A stretch of 64,000 nucleotides of DNA from Octopus bimaculoides (GCF_001194135.2 NC_068997.1:20419694-20483693), one strand, 5' to 3'; shown: positions 1-13,369, counted from the first letter of the stretch. Numbers and translations: made by a program. The notes: generated by a model from the letters alone, not told the origin.

Positions 1-954
1 ATATATATATATATATATATACGCACACACACACACGTGTGTGTATAGTATGTATATATGCATATAATATATACATATATACAGTATATATTTGTGTGTG
101 TGTGTGTGTGTGACAGAGAATGAGACAGTTAACATTATTATGTGTTAGAACATCCGAAAGTCAGTGTAGAGTTTTAAAATACAAAAGAGGTGGTTTATAA
201 TTGAGAAAATATTTATTATAATTGCAATAATACATCCCTGAAATTTAGAGATGAAAACTTATTTGACAGCCATCTTAAATGACCCCACAAATATAAGCAC
301 ACACACACACACACAGAGTTATAATCTGTCTCATTTGTTAAATTTCTTTTGTATCTTTGTTTTGATACATCCCAAATATGTTTTGATAAGAACTTTTACC
401 AAAATTTTTCTTAGTGGAATATTATGAACGACTAGGTCATTAAAAAAAAAACAAAAAAAAAATCTGCTTGAGACTAATCATGTTTTACATTTAAACATTA
501 TAAATAGGTGCCAAAGACATCATTGTTCATGTTTGTTATTCTAAAACATTCTGGAATAAAGGATTAAGTTTTGTGTTTGTTCAAATATTTACAGAATTTC
601 ATGTTTGAAGATTTAAAGAAAAAAAAATATATGACTATATAAAATATTTCTTAAAATGTTTATTCTACAACTTTATTTTCACATTTTTACTGAAAAACAA
701 AAAAGAAAAATGAAAATCTGTCTTGAAATTGTTCGGTTAATTTCTTGCATTCCAATCTGCTGTAGACAATTTTTGTTCATTTAATTTTTTTTTGAAGAAA
801 AACTTTTGATGGAATATGACGCATATGTCAACTCTTAACAAGATGAATTTTTTTTACTAAAACTACCCCATTTATTTTTCTGGTATTTAATCTCATGCTT
901 GATTATTATTATTATGTCCCTGTAGCTAATAAAAGAAATTATTATTATTATCAA

Positions 955-994
<40 letters not shown>

Positions 995-1240
995 AAATTA
1001 GAATGTTTTTCAATTGTTTATTTATGATTTAAATTAAACTACCAATGTATTTTGTTACACATATACCACACATACATTCATACATACATACACATCCATG
1101 CATATGCATGGATGTGCACACATACATTCATACTCATACATACACACATACTTATGATGATGATAATAATTACAACAAAACAATAATAATAATAATAACA
1201 ATAATAATTACAACAACAAACTTAATAATAATATTAATAA

Positions 1241-1453
1241 TCCTTTCTACTATAGGCACAAAACCTGAAATTTTTGGGGGAAGGTTAAGTTGATTACATC
1301 GACTTTCAATGCTCAACTGATACTTTACTTATTGACCCCAAAAGGATGAAAGGCAAAGTCGACCTCAGTGGAATTTGAACTCGGAATGTAGTGATGGGTG
1401 AAAGACCAATAAACATTTTGTCCAGCGTGCTAATGATTCTGCCAGCTTGCCAC

Positions 1454-1455
<2 letters not shown>
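1241..1455 (-). mobile_element. SINE family A copy between (AAT)n arrays
   Basis: Same diagnostic blocks as 7633-8405. Confidence 0.85.
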
Positions 1456-1532
<77 letters not shown>

Positions 1533-2800
1533 CAAATTGTCGTATAGGATTTCTGACATTTTTAGGAATCAAACATTAAAATAAAAAATATTGGTTTTTA
1601 ATGGTGGAACTTGAAATAAACAAAGCTGTTAATAACTAGCATATGAATATTGTGTTAAAACATTCTTTGGATAGAACCCCCCCCCCCCAAAAAAAAAGAC
1701 TGAGGTTGTCTCTGGGACAACAATCTACATTAAGGGTGTTTTAACTCATTATTTAGATGCTATTATTTATAGCCAGCAGAATCATTAGCATGCTGGGCAA
1801 TAATGCCTATTGACTTTTCATCTGTCTTCTTGTTCTGAGTTCAAATTCTGCCAAGAACAACTTTGCCTTTCATCTTTTTGAGGTCAATAAAATAAGTATC
1901 AGTTGAACACTGTGGGGGTCAATGTAATCTATTTACCCCCTGCTTTGAACTTGATGGTCCTGTGCCAAAAATTTTAAATCATTATTTATAGTTTTAGCTA
2001 CTTCAAATTTTGCCATTAAAAAGACAAGTTATTTCATGTCTCTTGAAATTTCTAAATTCTTATGACATTAAAAGAATATTAATTCAGATATAACATAAAA
2101 AAAAACAATGAAATGAACGTCTGTAATGTTACTTAGATTTTCCAACAAGCATTTAGTCAAGAATGTGCTTGGATGTGTATATTTGATAAATTTATATTTC
2201 TTATTCTTGAAACCCTGTCTAAATTGTAATTCCCTTTATTAAATTCTAGTCAATTGACTTTCTTCCAATTCAAATGATTGTTTTTTAAAAAATATTTATT
2301 GCTACTTTTATGCATTTTTTCTATTTACAAATGATATAATTAGAGTGTAAAACATTGAAACATTTTTACAGATTTTCAAAGAGATTATATTGTTTAAGTA
2401 TTAAACATTAAAATTCAACATTTTGCTTTTGTTATTTCATAATCTATAAGAAACCAGAGTCTTTTACTTAAGCAACTTCTGTACAACTAAATCAGTGAAT
2501 TTTTTTGATTAAAATTTTTTTTTTTGTAATGGCAACTTTAGTTTGATGTTCAGAATTAATATCTGTAATGACAGATATTTTATTTTTCAGTTCATATGAC
2601 AATGTGTATTACTTGATACTTATTCCTAGTATTCCAATACATACATATGTGCACAAACACACACACATATTAGTGTGAGTGTGTGTGTATGTATAAATTT
2701 CTTTTTAACTATATATTTCTTTATTTTATATTTTAAAATAGAAAATAAAGAACAGACAACTCTTTGATACAATCAGACGTGTGAATTCACTTGGTCATGG

Positions 2801-2843
<43 letters not shown>

Positions 2844-4009
2844 TTTTTCTTTTTGAAACAATAATGCTTTTTTTTTAAATATCAATTTAGGTATCCTTAT
2901 CTTTGTTTTTTGTTTTTTTTTAAACTCTGTAAAACTATTTAATTTTTCTGTAATGCTACAAATTAAATTAAAATAATATGATAATTGAAATTCTTCGGGA
3001 AGCACAGTGTTCTAGAAAGAGAGGTTGCATAAATTTGGTTATTTGAAATTGATATAATTTTTTCTTTTCTGCTTCTCGTTATGAAATTTGCTTTTTGCTG
3101 TTTTTGTTTTTTGTTTGATATTAATTATTAATTGATATTGACTTTTACTTTTCATTTTTCTATGGCTTACCTTTATTAATTTTATTGAAATAAATATAAT
3201 TCCTCTAATAAGCAAATAAATTTTCATTTATATTTCTTTTATTCTTTTACTTGTTTCAGTCTTTGAACCGTGGCCAAGCTGGGCATAGCCACTGCTTTAA
3301 ACTTCAGTCGAGCATATCGTACTTAAATGTCTAAGGTACTTATAGATACTTAAAAACAGGTAGCACATGAAACAGGTAGAATATTTGGGCTGGATATGGC
3401 TGGATTAAACACTAAAGGGTTAAATCTGAAGTACATCATTTTATCAGTCTCTTTCCTGCTGAACTACTAAGTTATGGGAACATAAAGAAAATGACACCAG
3501 TTGTCAAACACAAACACACATGCATAAATACAAGCATGCACATATATAAAAACATACACATACACACATACATATGATGAGTTTCCTCACAGTTTCCATC
3601 TATCAGATCCATTCACATGACATTGGTTAACCTGGAGCTAGAGTGGGGAAAACAAAGTACTGTCTACTAAATTCACTCTCAAGACATTGATTGATCTGGG
3701 GTTAAACTAGAAGATTCTTGCCCAAGGTGCCACACAATGGGACTCAACCTGAAACCACATGATTACCAACTTCTTGACCATGCACCCATGCTTGTGGTAA
3801 GATGAAAGAAATCCCTAAGATTAATCATTGAGATACTAAAAGTACTCAGATGAATTTCACATTAGTTGCATGATTTAACTAACTTGATTTTGTAAGAACT
3901 TGAAAAATTGTTGCAATTTATAGATCAATGAGAAAGCTAAGGCAGATGAATGGACGATGAGACAAGGATATGTTCTATTTGACAGCTTTCTGGAGTAAAC
4001 TAATAATAC

Positions 4010-4445
4010 TTTCTACTATAGGTACAAGGACTGAAATTTGGTGGATAGTCAATAACATCGGCCCCAGTGTTTCACTGGTACTTAATTTATCGACTCTGAA
4101 AGGATGAAAGGCAAAGTCGACCTTGGCGGAATTTGAACTCAGAACATAACCGCAGACGAGATACCACTAAGCATTTCACCCAGCATGCTAACAATTCTGC
4201 CAGCTTGCTGCCTGGAGTAAACTAATAATGGTTTCAGATTTTAGCATAAGGCCAGTGCCTATAGAGGAGAGGTGGAGGTAAATAAATTATATATCCTCAT
4301 CCCCAGTACTTAACTGGTACTTATTCTATCGAACCTGTAGGATGAAAAAGTTGGCCTCTGTGACATTTGAACTCAAAACGTAAAGTTAGAAAAAATGCTG
4401 CTTAGCATTTTGTTTAACATGCTAATGATTCTGTCAGCTCACTGC
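4010..4445 (-). mobile_element. Two tandem SINE family A copies
   Basis: AGGATGAAAGGCAAAGTCGAC..GAATTTGAACTCAGAAC block repeated at about 4100 and 4340. Confidence 0.8.
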
Positions 4446-5910
4446 CTTACAGTAAACTAATTGTTTTGTAAGTAAACTAATTAATTGTGTATCATTTTGT
4501 GGGTCATTAAGTGAACAAAACAATTGTTGCTGTTTAACCCTATTTGATCAGAACTATGATAAAAGATGTTCTAGCAGTGATCCCCACATTTTTATTTTCA
4601 GAAATGAGCTGCAATTTTAGAATACTTCTGCTGCATCCGAGATGGTACATATACTATACATAAAGACATTATAGATTGCACACACGCCCCAGGGTCACTC
4701 AATTGATTGGCCTGAAATCAATCTACACACAACAGCTTCTGGTCTATTGATGTACTCTCTCCTCTCTCTGTCTCTTCTGTCTTTACTCAAGTGGTGTCTA
4801 TCCCTCGGAGCTGACTACCTCGTGCTATTTCCACCTATTCTCGCCCACACCTCCAGATCCTGCACCAACCACTTTCCAAGAAGGTTAATCCTTCAGAATC
4901 TCCACTGTCCATGTTTTTTATAAATTTGTTTTTCCTACAGCGGCCAACAAGAACAAACATCAGTCACCGATCATGGAGAGCCTGTTGAGGCAATGTACAG
5001 TCCCGTACTCTTAATCAAACAATAACAAAATTAGAGCAGCCTTATCTAATGTCTCCCCCCCCCTACTTTTTCGCGAAGACGATCTGACTGCTTTTTCTAG
5101 CTGGCTGAATGACCAGATAACAGGGGCATCATTGGCTCGTGAAAGCGCAATTTTCCAATTAGAGATTATCTTAGAATTACCTCCCCTGAATAACTTTCAT
5201 TTACAGCGCATTTTCCTTAGAATTGCGATAACTTGAAAACAGTATAAGCTACAGAAATCTAGGAACTTAGTTAAAAGTGAGAAATTTTATCACTTCAGAT
5301 AAATAGATAGCGTGCTAAAATATTTATCATTCAACAATTAAAATAATGAAAATCTTTTTCTTGTTCCCTATGCTGTGTTCTCAGAGATAACGATTAGCTA
5401 AAGGGAGATTACTTTTCTTACATACCCAGAAATATTGTATGGGGACATTTTATAGAATTAAAAAAAAAACCCTTTTGAACGGTAAGTAATCCAAAAGGCA
5501 AGACCTGTTAGCTTAAGTATTTACTATAGATTTAGAATGCTTGTTTATTTATCACTTTTCATTGTCACCACACATACTTGAACTAAACCCAATACTTTCC
5601 AACGGAAATATTACTGACGGCAGAAAAGCTTAATTCGTGGTTAACAATAATAGCAATACCAGAGATTCAATATTCGTAACACGAAAAGTATAAGGTTATT
5701 GGTGAATGGCATCACTGTCCAATGTTTGTGACCAAGTTTTCTGATATTAAACGAAAGCATAGACATTCGCTTGTTACACGAGACAAGATTTGGGAATAAA
5801 AAATAAATCCTCAAAGTTTTTTTTCCCCCATTTAGTTCTTTTCATTGTAATACGAAGTAAATTACCTTTTGAAACATTACAATTTCGTAACAAATACTCA
5901 ACATTGGCTA

Positions 5911-5951
<41 letters not shown>

Positions 5952-6834
5952 GAAAAAGGGTAATCTTTCCTAACATCACAGTACAATAGCTGAATTAGTG
6001 TATTCATTGGCGACATTGTTGATATGAAGCCCTTAATAGTTATGAATGATATTCATCAGACTGTAAGTGCTTATGCATGATAAGTTCAACACAAAATGAA
6101 CTGTTACACGTCAGCCATTTCACATGACGTATAATAAGAAAACAAGAGTCTACACTCAATAGAAAGATAGTCTGAAATGACTGGGGATAATTTGATGTGG
6201 TGTTTAGTACTGGGTGTCTGTAGGAGAAGTTGAACTACTGAAACCTTTTGAAACACCTAAATTTTAGAGTGGTGAGCTGTTTCTGATGTGATACCTACTT
6301 ACAGATAGGTAGATAGGGTACTTCAGTCTTTTAGTCCAACAGATATAATAAAATGTTTCTGGAAGGATATGAAGTGCTCACCTCTTGGCTGGTACCTTCT
6401 TGACTCAAGTTACCTGTGTGGACTTTTTAAACACCCTCCTAATTAGCATTAACAACAATACATTGCATAATAATGTAAATACTACAGATTCCATTGTAGA
6501 ATTACCAGATATTCAAATAGAAATTAAGAAATGAACTGGAGCAAAATAAATGTATTTGTACAAGCTGTTTCATTAACCTAATCTCACTTACTGCATTTAA
6601 GATAATAATAATTCTTCGTAATGTAAGGCCAGTGATTTTAGTAGGAGGAGGTTAGTCAATTACATAGACCCTAGTGCTCAACTGGTACTTATTTTATTGA
6701 CCTTAAAAGGATGAAACGCAAAGTCAGCCTCAGTGGAATTTAAATACAGAAAGTGAATGGCCAGAAAAAAATGCCAGTGAGCAGTTTGTCTGATATACAA
6801 ACAATTCTGCCATATCTCTACCTTATTTATTATA

Positions 6835-7632
6835 GGAAAAACAAAGGAAGAAGTACAAAAACGACATGAAGAAGAATTACCCAAGAAAGGACTATACAAT
6901 CAATTCCAGGTAGCCACAATAGAAGTTTCTGGAAAAAATAGGTGGAATGAGCATGTGTCTCTGCTGTACTTCATCTGCAATAGAGTGGATAAAACTATTG
7001 CCCATATCATGAACGAATGCTCTAGACTTGCTCAAAACCACTACAAGTTGTGGTGATACAACCAGGTAGTGAAAGTGCTACATTGGAAACTGTGCATAAA
7101 GTTGGGTCTTGAGAGAGGCAAGACATGGTATGAGTACAAACTGCAGAGAGTGGCAGAGTCAGAGATTAGCAAAATCTTCTGGAATTTCTCAATCCATACA
7201 GATCAGGTGCTAGAGCATAACAGACCAGAGCTAGTGATGGTGTACAAGGTGCACCACATATACTATATAGTTGATGTTGCACAAATTGTCAAGAAGGAAG
7301 GCGAAAAGATAGATAGATAGATACAACCTTCTTAAGTACGAAATAGCCTGGCTATGGAAAATGAAGAAGGTGAAGATAGTGCCAATTATTGTTGGGTCCT
7401 TCGGAACAGTATCAGAAGGCATCAAGAGGAATATAAAGGAAATTGGAATGGAGTGCCCAGTAGAACAGTTATAAAAGATTTGCCTCCTTGGCATGGCCAA
7501 AATAATCAGGAAAGTATTAGATAACTGAATAGAATGATACCATAGGCTGCAAGTAGTAAGCCTGCTACACATGCAAGACTCCAGGAACCCCAACAAAACC
7601 TGTGATAAAGAGAAAATAATAATAATAATAAT
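6835..7632 (+). mobile_element. 5'-truncated R4/Dong-like non-LTR retrotransposon (zinc knuckle plus restriction-like endonuclease), degenerate
   Basis: Reads ICNRVDKTIAHIMNECSRLAQ..VLHWKLC..KIFWNFSIHTDQVLEHNRPELV..IVDVA..KYEIAWLWKMKKVKIVPIIVGSFG with stops and frameshifts. Stop at 7528, short UTR, (TAA)n tail. Confidence 0.85.
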
Positions 7633-8405
7633 TCTTTCTATGAAAGGCACAAAGCCTGAAATTTGGGGGTAGGGGACTAGTCGATTACATTGACCCCAGT
7701 GTTTCACTGGTACTTAATTTATTGACCCTGAAAGGATGGAAGGCAACGTCAACCCTGGCAGAATTTGAACTCGGCATGTTAAAAAACAGATGAAATGTCA
7801 CAAAGTATTTTACCCAGTGTTCTAATGATTCTGCCAGCTTGCTGTCTTCAATAATAATAATAATAATAATAACAGTAATAATAGTTTCAAATTCTGCCAC
7901 AAGGGCAGCAATTTTGGGGGAAAGAGTATGAGTTGATTACATCAACCCCAGTGTTTAACTGGTACTTATTTTATTGACCTCAGAAGAATGAAAGGCAAAG
8001 TTGACCTTGGCAGAATTTGAACTCAGAATGTGGCAATGGTTGAAATACTGCTAAGCATTTTGTCCAGTGTGCTAATGATTCTGGCAGCTTGCCACCTTGA
8101 TAATAAACCTTTCTACTATAGGCACAAGACCTGAAATTTGTGGGAGGGGACTAGTTGATTACATTGACCCCAGTGTTTCACTGGTACTTAATTTATAGAC
8201 CCTGAAAGGATGAAAGGCAAAGGTGACCTTGGCAGAATTTGAACTCAGAACGTAGTAACAGGCGAAATGCAGCTAAGCATTTCGTCCAGCGTGCTAATAA
8301 TTCTGCCTGTTCACTCCCTGTCACCTTGATAATAATAATCTTTTCTACTCTAGGCACAAGGCCCGAAATTTTGAGGGAGGTGCCAGTCGATTAGATTGAC
8401 TCCAG
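7633..8405 (-). mobile_element. Head-to-tail cluster of about four tRNA-derived SINEs (family A)
   Basis: Repeated unit (sense) GGCGGCGAGCTGGCAGAA..GTTCTGAGTTCAAATTC..GACTTTGCCTTTCATCC..GGGGTCAATAAA..AAGTACCAG..TAGTAGAAAG, separated by (AAT)n. The central box resembles the MetaSINE domain as recalled, not verified. Confidence 0.85.
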
Positions 8406-11400
8406 ATGGTCATAGCAAGAATCTTTAATTGGGAGTTGTCTTTAGATTTTAGTATTTACATCAGATTGTATATTTAGACAATCGTCTTTTCATTATAACT
8501 TCTCTTGGTAATGAAGCTGAAACAAAAAAAAAAATGAAAATGAAGATGAAGAAAAGAAAACCCATAAATGCCTCAAAATATTTAGTTTTATCTCACAACA
8601 TTCTAAGCGTAGGATTTGAACTTACAATGTCACCTTTGCATTTCATTTCACTTGGCTCACTACAATAAGCATCAGTAATATACTGGGCTCAAATGATCTA
8701 TTCACTCTGTTTGACCAAAGACATGCTTCCTGCTTAGTTTTGAGAATTTAGCATTCAAACTTTTTCTAGATTTGTCAACAACAATAAATGTTTTACATGG
8801 TCTGTTTTAGTGTTTGCTGTTGGTGAGTTCAAATACCTTAACTCATTACCTACCAGTGATCTCATATGAGATCANNNNNNNNNNNNNNNNNNNNNNNNNN
8901 NNNNNNNNNNNNNNNNNNNNNNNNNNNNNNNNNNNNNNNNNNNNNNNNNNNNNNNNNNNNNNNNNNNNNNNNNNNNNNNNNNNNNNNNNNNNNNNNNNNN
9001 NNNNNNNNNNNNNNNNNNNNNNNNNNNNNNNNNNNNNNNNNNNNNNNNNNNNNNNNNNNNNNNNNNNNNNNNNNNNNNNNNNNNNNNNNNNNNNNNNNNN
9101 NNNNNNNNNNNNNNNNNNNNNNNNNNNNNNNNNNNNNNNNNNNNNNNNNNNNNNNNNNNNNNNNNNNNNNNNNNNNNNNNNGTACTTCTAAGATATCAGA
9201 GCTGATGATAAAATGTCCCATATAAAAAATATTGGCCTTATGCTTGGATAAAAGAAATTATTGCTACACTCATTTCTAAAAGAAAGTGGTGTTGGCTCTA
9301 TACAAACCCAATTTTACCTTTGGGGACAGGTGGCCCCTATTACTCTGAACTCTGTCCAGTATGGGAGATCCTACTAGGTGTTTGTTCTTGGTTGGCAAGG
9401 CTCTCAGGGACATTGAGGCACATAAGCCATTACACAACAATAAGGACTGGGCCTTGTTGTGGACACTAACCTTTACGCTTACTCCTTCCATCTCAGACAG
9501 TCAACTCTTGGGAATATCTTCACAGCCCATGTTTTTCCTGCCGTTGTGTTCATGAACATTAACTACATCGAACTGGGAGGATTTATGAAGGCCATGGGCG
9601 CAGATACTTTTCCAAAACCAAATCGCAGGAAAAAAAAAATGAAACCATAATATAATTAATGAAAATTAAAGGGAATTAACAATTTTGGTTTGCAAATCGA
9701 ACCAAAACGAACTATTCAATAGAGTTTCATTCAATTTTTGGAGTCGACTCGATATTTTTTTTCCTGGAGTTAATATAATCGTCCACTGTCTTCCCTAAGC
9801 TTAAAATCCTCCTTTGTACAGCGAAGAATAAACGGTATAATGCTAAATAAAATACATAACTGCATTTAATTACGTCCCTTTACATCCTAAGTTCAAATCC
9901 TGCCAGACTTGATTTTTGCTTTTTATCCTTTTAGGGTCGATAAAATAAATACCCGTGAAGTGGTGAGGGCAACTCTACACTCATCTCCCTACAAAATTTC
10001 TTACCTTAAGCCGAAGTTACAGATTAACAAGCGTTGATATTGTAATGTATATTGATTTTATTTTCCCCACAGTTCGGACACCTACATATTTTCGTTGATA
10101 TGAGAACATATATATACAGGTATATAATTTTGGATATGATACCTGGCACTACAAAACATCCTGATGTTAATCCTAATATCAACTACAGGAGAAGAGGAAA
10201 GTAGCAACAACAAAAAAATGAAAACAAAACAAGAAAAATCAAACAAACAAACAAACTGGACATTTTGTAATAATAAAGAATCGTCTCTAAATCAAAAGAG
10301 AGGAAATGTCAAGGGAATCTAGATTATGATTCCTCGATAGCAAAAAAAAAAAAAAAAAAAANNNNNNNNNNNNNNNNNNNNNNNNNNNNNNNNNNNNNNN
10401 NNNNNNNNNNNNNNNNNNNNNNNNNNNNNNNNNNNNNNNNNNNNNNNNNNNNNNNNNNNNNNNNNNNNNNNNNNNNNNNNNNNNNNNNNNNNNNNNNNNN
10501 NNNNNNNNNNNNNNNNNNNNNNNNNNNNNNNNNNNNNNNNNNNNNNNNNNNNNNNNNNNNNNNNNNNNNNNNNNNNNNNNNNNNNNNNNNNNNNNNNNNN
10601 NNNNNNNNNNNNNNNNNNNNNNNNNNNNNNNNNNNNNNNNNNNNNNNNNNNNNNNNNNNNNNNNNNNNNNNNNNNNNNNNNNNNNNNNNNNNNNNNNNNN
10701 NNNNNNNNNNNNNNNNNNNNNNNNNNNNNNNNNNNNNNNNNNNNNNNNNNNNNNNNNNNNNNNNNNNNNNNNNNNNNNNNNNNNNNNNNNNNNNNNNNNN
10801 NNNNNNNNNNNNNNNNNNNNNNNNNNNNNNNNNNNNNNNNNNNNNNNNNNNNNNNNNNNNNNNNNNNNNNNNNNNNNNNNNNNNNNNNNNNNNNNNNNNN
10901 NNNNNNNNNNNNNNNNTTCTGATAAAAGCGACCACCTACCCACTTAATTTATAGTAAATACTTGAGTGTTCCATAAATGCTTCTATGACCCTTAGCGTAA
11001 TTCACACGAATCGATGTCTCGACTAGAACTAGCAGCCGAACCTTCCCCCAAATTAAGTGTCACTTTTTTAAATAAAGACATGTTAGATAATTTAGTGCTA
11101 GATAACCAAAAAAAAACACACAAAAAAAACGGGTAGTCATGGCTGCAATTCCATTGATTACAGCTCTTTGTAATCTAGGTTGTTATTCTAAAGCTAAAGA
11201 GCGACGATGATGTAATTGTCAGGTAGAATTTGTATAACAGCTTGTAGGAAAACCACAGTGGGTGACAAAGGGGAGATATTAACGTTTGTGTTTACGTATG
11301 AAATTAATCTGATGGAAAGGAGTCAGTTTAAATGAAGAAGTTACGCACTAGAATACGACCAGATAAACAAAATATATAAAAGAGAAGTGTGTAGGATAAT

Positions 11401-11599
11401 GAAAGGCTGAGAGTACTAACGGAATATTACAGACTCTGTAATAACATCGACAGCTATTTAAATCGAAATTAAAACATGCACCAATATGTAGCAGTAATAT
11501 TTGTTTAAAACAGAGAAATGAAAAATATATTTTGGAGTGTAATGGGGCTGTTTCAGTTTATGAAAACGCGCGATGCTCCACACTTTCATTTAAAGGGAA

Positions 11600-12055
11600 T
11601 AAATGTAAACATTTTGTTGGAAGTAAGCAGACAGGCGGAAGTTGAGAGAAACCGGATGTTGACGTAAACATTGTAGCGTCGGACTATGAAAAATTATTAA
11701 AAGATTTTAATAAAGAAGATTAATATTAAAATAATTTCAGTCTATAATATGATTAATCAAACATAATAGATTTACAATGTCCTCAGTTATATGGTAGGGA
11801 ATATAAGTGAATATTATCATTGAATGGAATATAATTTATAAAATTTAAGTTATACAATTTTTTTACAACAATAAAGAAAATTGTTTTTTTTAATTTCTGA
11901 AACTTGATTTAGTAATAAAATAATATTACATCTTATTAAGAAAATAAAATATTTATTTTTTGTAGTATATCTTTAATTTTAATTACAGTCTAATCAGGAA
12001 ATTGTTTAACCTTATTTACTGCGTTTCTGCAGCAGAAGTTAAATTCCACGTAAAC
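11600..12055 (+). promoter_or_regulatory. Putative housekeeping promoter of COPZ (ETS, CRE-like and forkhead-like motifs)
   Basis: GCGGAAGT 11635-11642, ACCGGATGT 11651-11659, TGACGTAA 11660-11667, CCACGT 12046-12051, GTAAACA three times; local CpG enrichment. Motif matches only. Confidence 0.5.
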
Positions 12056-12076
12056 ATGGTCGACTCTTCAATTCTT
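12056..12076 (+). CDS. COPZ1: Coatomer subunit zeta, first coding exon 1a (MVDSSIL)
   Basis: ATG GTC GAC TCT TCA ATT CTT followed by GTAAGT donor at 12077. Phase 0, joins exon 2 to give MVDSSIL-EPTLQTIK, resembling human COPZ1 MEALIL-EPSLYTVK. Confidence 0.8.
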
Positions 12077-12277
12077 GTAAGTTCTATATATATATAAATA
12101 TACGTTTATATTTATGTGTATATTCACATATATATGTATTTATATGTTGATTATGTCTTAAAAGAAACACTTTCACTATTAGTATTGTTGTTATTTTAGG
12201 TGTTTTAATTTTAGTATGATTAATATTTTGTTTGTTGTTTATTCTGCCGAAACGGTTCGTTCTTACGAAAAGACTAA

Positions 12278-12343
12278 GGAAAGATAGGTACTACTAAAGC
12301 AGCGCGGATCCGAACGCGCTGCTTTAGTAGTACCGGAAAGATA
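12278..12343. mobile_element. 48-bp palindromic mini-element with 20-bp perfect TIRs and 9-bp TSD (Mutator-like footprint)
   Basis: GGAAAGATA | GGTACTACTAAAGCAGCGCG gatccgaa CGCGCTGCTTTAGTAGTACC | GGAAAGATA. Confidence 0.75.
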
Positions 12344-12657
12344 TTTCCAAATATTTTGATAGTCACAAAGAATAAGAAATATTTATAACTTTATCAGCGT
12401 TTAATAAGTACTCCTAAATAACAATTCTAAAGCAAAGCAATAATAATAAATGATAGAAATGTTTTAAATATTCTTCTAACGAAGGCGTGCCTGTCTGAAC
12501 CGTATCAAATTTATTCGTTAGACAAATAACTTAATCAAATCTTCGCGCTTTCATATCTGTGATCTTACGTTATAACTTGGGACTGAAACTAGAGAATTAT
12601 ATAATATTTGTTACACTCACACCTTCGGTGGAGTTTTGACTTAGTTGTTCTTCGATA

Positions 12658-12684
12658 ATGGGTGAATTAAAGGAAACGGCTTTG
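12658..12684 (+). CDS. COPZ1: Coatomer subunit zeta, alternative first coding exon 1b (MGELKETAL)
   Basis: ATG GGT GAA TTA AAG GAA ACG GCT TTG then GTAAGT at 12685. Phase 0, compatible with exon 2; good start context (gataATGG). Confidence 0.55.
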
Positions 12685-12865
12685 GTAAGTTGTCGAAACT
12701 TCCTTGAGAGGTGTAAAAGTAGATAATTAATTATGTGTCACCGATTATGTTTGTGGGACTCATTAATCTGACAGTTGGTGGTCATTTCCTAAGGAAATAC
12801 ATTGATAAGTTCCTGTTTAATCCTAAGTCGGCTCTGATTGAGCAATCACAGCCGTTCCAGGCGTG

Positions 12866-12874
12866 GCCACGTGG
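12866..12874. promoter_or_regulatory. GCCACGTGG, CREB3/CrebA- or bHLH-type site in intron 1
   Basis: Exact motif in a CpG-containing, non-repetitive stretch just downstream of exon 1b. Confidence 0.3.
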
Positions 12875-13121
12875 ATTATTTTCTGGGTTTTGTCAACCTT
12901 GAGCAACGATATCTAATATGTATCACGCTTTTTTTTTCACAAGGAGATGCAACTTGTATTTCGATTACATTGGGACTCGTCTGTTCGACACAGAGAAGTA
13001 ATATTCTTAGGTAAATGATGCCCATCTCATGGCACATGTGCCAACAGTGACAGGCTGCGATTTATTTTGGGTTACACGCGATGGACTGTAGGAGAAATAA
13101 AGAAAAAAAGCTTCCCTCCAA

Positions 13122-13369
13122 TCATCATCATCGTTTAATGTCCACTTTCCATGCTAGCATGGGTTGGACGGTTTGACTGAGGACTGGCAAGCCAGAAGGC
13201 TGCACCAGGCTCCAATCTGATCTGACAAGGTTTCTGCAGCTGGATGCCCTTCCTAACGCCAACCACTCCGAGGGTGTAATGGGTGCTTTTTACGTGCCAC
13301 CGGCACGAGGGCCAGTCAGGCAGTACTGGCATCGACCATGCTCAAATGGTGCTTTTTACATGCCACCAG
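13122..13369 (-). mobile_element. 5'-truncated RTE 3'-tail copy in COPZ intron 1
   Basis: CATCATCATCGTTTAATGTCC..GGATGCCCTTCCTAACGCCAACC is the reverse complement of the 62400-62660 tail. Confidence 0.88.

Noticed and set aside
9240-9650. GC-richer block with short ORFs
   Set aside because: No recognisable domain in the frames checked and no splice frame; possibly an old TE.
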